In this document: piece by piece, positions 62,306 to 64,000 of the stretch
Layout: each line of letters starts with the position of its first letter
Position numbering within the stretch: position 1 is the stretch's first letter
From: the human T2T-CHM13v2.0 reference genome, Homo sapiens
Direction: 5' to 3' (one strand)
DNA: 64,000 bases
Assembly: GCF_009914755.1 (NCBI RefSeq)
Contig: NC_060928.1
Notes under the pieces: model-generated
What the model saw: the letters and a program-made list of their open reading frames with translations, nothing else
The model's database searches: none
What the model was told of the DNA's origin: nothing
Program-made: the position numbers and the translations under genes

Positions 62306-64000
62306 GATTCTGGGGTGACCTGGCAGTGTTGCCACACAGGCATTTTAGTCTCAAGCTGGAGACTGGAGTGCCTGGCCTGGAGTTGGGTAGGGGCCTCCAC
62401 AGCCAGAACTGTGGAAAGCATCTCAGCAGTAGGTGTTGGAATTGTGTTCTACCCTGTTGCAATCCTGGGGAAAGAGGAGTACTTCTAAAGCTGCAGTTTC
62501 TCCTGGACAGTGAGATTTGCAGCCAGGTCAAGTTTAGTAATCTGGAATCAGTCTGCATGTGCCATTTCTTGGTGCCCCAGCCTGCTATCCTGAGATCATG
62601 ATGCAATGGGGTCCATACCACTCCACTCCCAGGCAGAATTTCAGGCACTTGGAGCATCTATTTGATTGGACGAATAGCCTGAGCCACCCTATCCTTCATA
62701 GACACAGATTGTGGTCCAGTCAGGCCCTCTCCACTCCATGCCCATACAGATGTCCATGCATGCAGGGTACCCATTCACCTGCTTCAGCAGCCTGAGCTGC
62801 CCCACACTTCCTGGGCATAAATTGTGGTCTAGCATGGCTCTCTGCTCCATGCCTAGGCAAAGCTCCAGGTAGTCAGAGCATCTGCTTGCCTGATTCAGCA
62901 GCCCAAGTTGCCTCACCCCTCCTGTGCAGAGATCTTTGTAGAGGGGGGCACTCCTTGCTTCAAACCAAGCAGATCTCCAGGCACTCAGAGGACGATGCTT
63001 ACCTGGATCAGCAGCCTGACCTGCCCAGTCCTTCCTGTACAGAGATCCTGGTGCATGGAGGCCCTCTTTGCTTCATGCCCAGGCAAATCTCCAGACATTC
63101 AGAGCACCCACTCACCTGGTTCAGTAGCCTGAACCACCCCACTGTTCCTGGACATAGATTATGATGCAGTGAGCATCTCCCCACTCTGTCCCCAGGAAGA
63201 TCTCCAGGAATTCAGAACACCAATTCACCTGTATTACCATCCCAAGCTGCCCCATCCTTCCTATACAGACAACCTGGTGCAGGGGAGGTCCTCTCTGCTC
63301 CACATCCAGGTAGATCTCCAGGTACCCAGAGAACCTACTTTCCTCAAATAGGAGCTTAAGCCACCCTCCATCCCCAAGCAGAAAACTTGGGGCCAAGGAG
63401 ATTTCCCAGCTCCATGCCTAGGCACACCTCTGGGCACCTGCTGGCCACCCACTGGATTCTCTCTTGGCATTGGCGGTGTGCCAGACATTGGGGGATAAGT
63501 AGGTGAGCCTGCCTAGTCTGTCCCCATCTATTGTAGCCCCTGCCCCCTGCCTCCAGGGCTGAGCAGGGAACTCAGATAACTGTGCATTTCATGAATCAGC
63601 CCTTTGCCTGAGGCAAAGAGAGCCTCTACCAGAAAATAAGGATCAAGTATATACAAAGCTGTGTTGGCTGCAGCTGGCTCTTTTCTATAAGCACCATCTA
63701 ATATCTTGTAGGCAGAAATGCACAGTCTAATATAAAACCTGCTGAAGGAAGTAAATAAGACTATAGAAGCAAACCCAAAAGACCCTATTCAGCATTCTCT
63801 ACAGTCACACCCCCTAGGGAGATAGGGAAGAGAAAAGGAAAGAAGAAAACGCAATAATATTATAGGAAAAGAAATAAAACACAAAAAATCCCACCTACAC
63901 AAAATAATTACAAATATTGGAAGTGCCAGCATCTCCAGATGAAAAAACCCAGTGCAAGAATTCTGGCATCACGAAAATCTGATTGTAGTAACACCACCAA
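62306..64000 (+). mobile_element. Old L1 5' end (L1PB/L1M-type 5'UTR) containing a ~112-bp degenerate tandem array, running off the window
   Basis: GC-rich monomers at 62580-63350, then an A-rich region (atctccagatgaaaaaacccagtgcaagaattctggca) typical of the old L1 5'UTR/ORF1 start. Confidence 0.65.

Overview
This is AT-rich, repeat-dense primate (human or great-ape) genomic DNA carrying the 3' part of the annexin A10 gene (ANXA10) on the + strand. Ten GT-AG exons (exons 3-12; 6535-54481, stop TAA at 54479-54481) splice in frame to residues ~34-324, followed by the 3'UTR and poly(A) signals. Exons 1-2 lie upstream of the window. The rest is intron and downstream DNA filled with transposon relics: about 20 Alus, several L1 and L2/MIR pieces, MaLR/ERV1/ERV9 LTRs, a decayed ERVL-class pol, and Tigger/hAT elements. 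Almost all ORFs in the supplied track are repeat-derived or chance. I see no convincing new multi-gene system. The best leads are: (1) a 96-nt, stop-free, in-frame intron 7 whose retention would insert a hydrophobic, TM-like 32-aa segment; (2) inverted young Alus bracketing exons 10 and 11; (3) a sense solo LTR in intron 6 as a possible internal promoter; (4) a TSD-flanked truncated U2 retrocopy, plus a possible second one; (5) a 1.2-kb near-pure AT tract with a 38-bp VNTR; (6) a perfect CTCF motif beside a Z-DNA-prone repeat; and (7) a sharp switch in Alu/L1 strand orientation near 40-44 kb. Repeat subfamily names come from recall of consensus sequences, and repeat boundaries are approximate.
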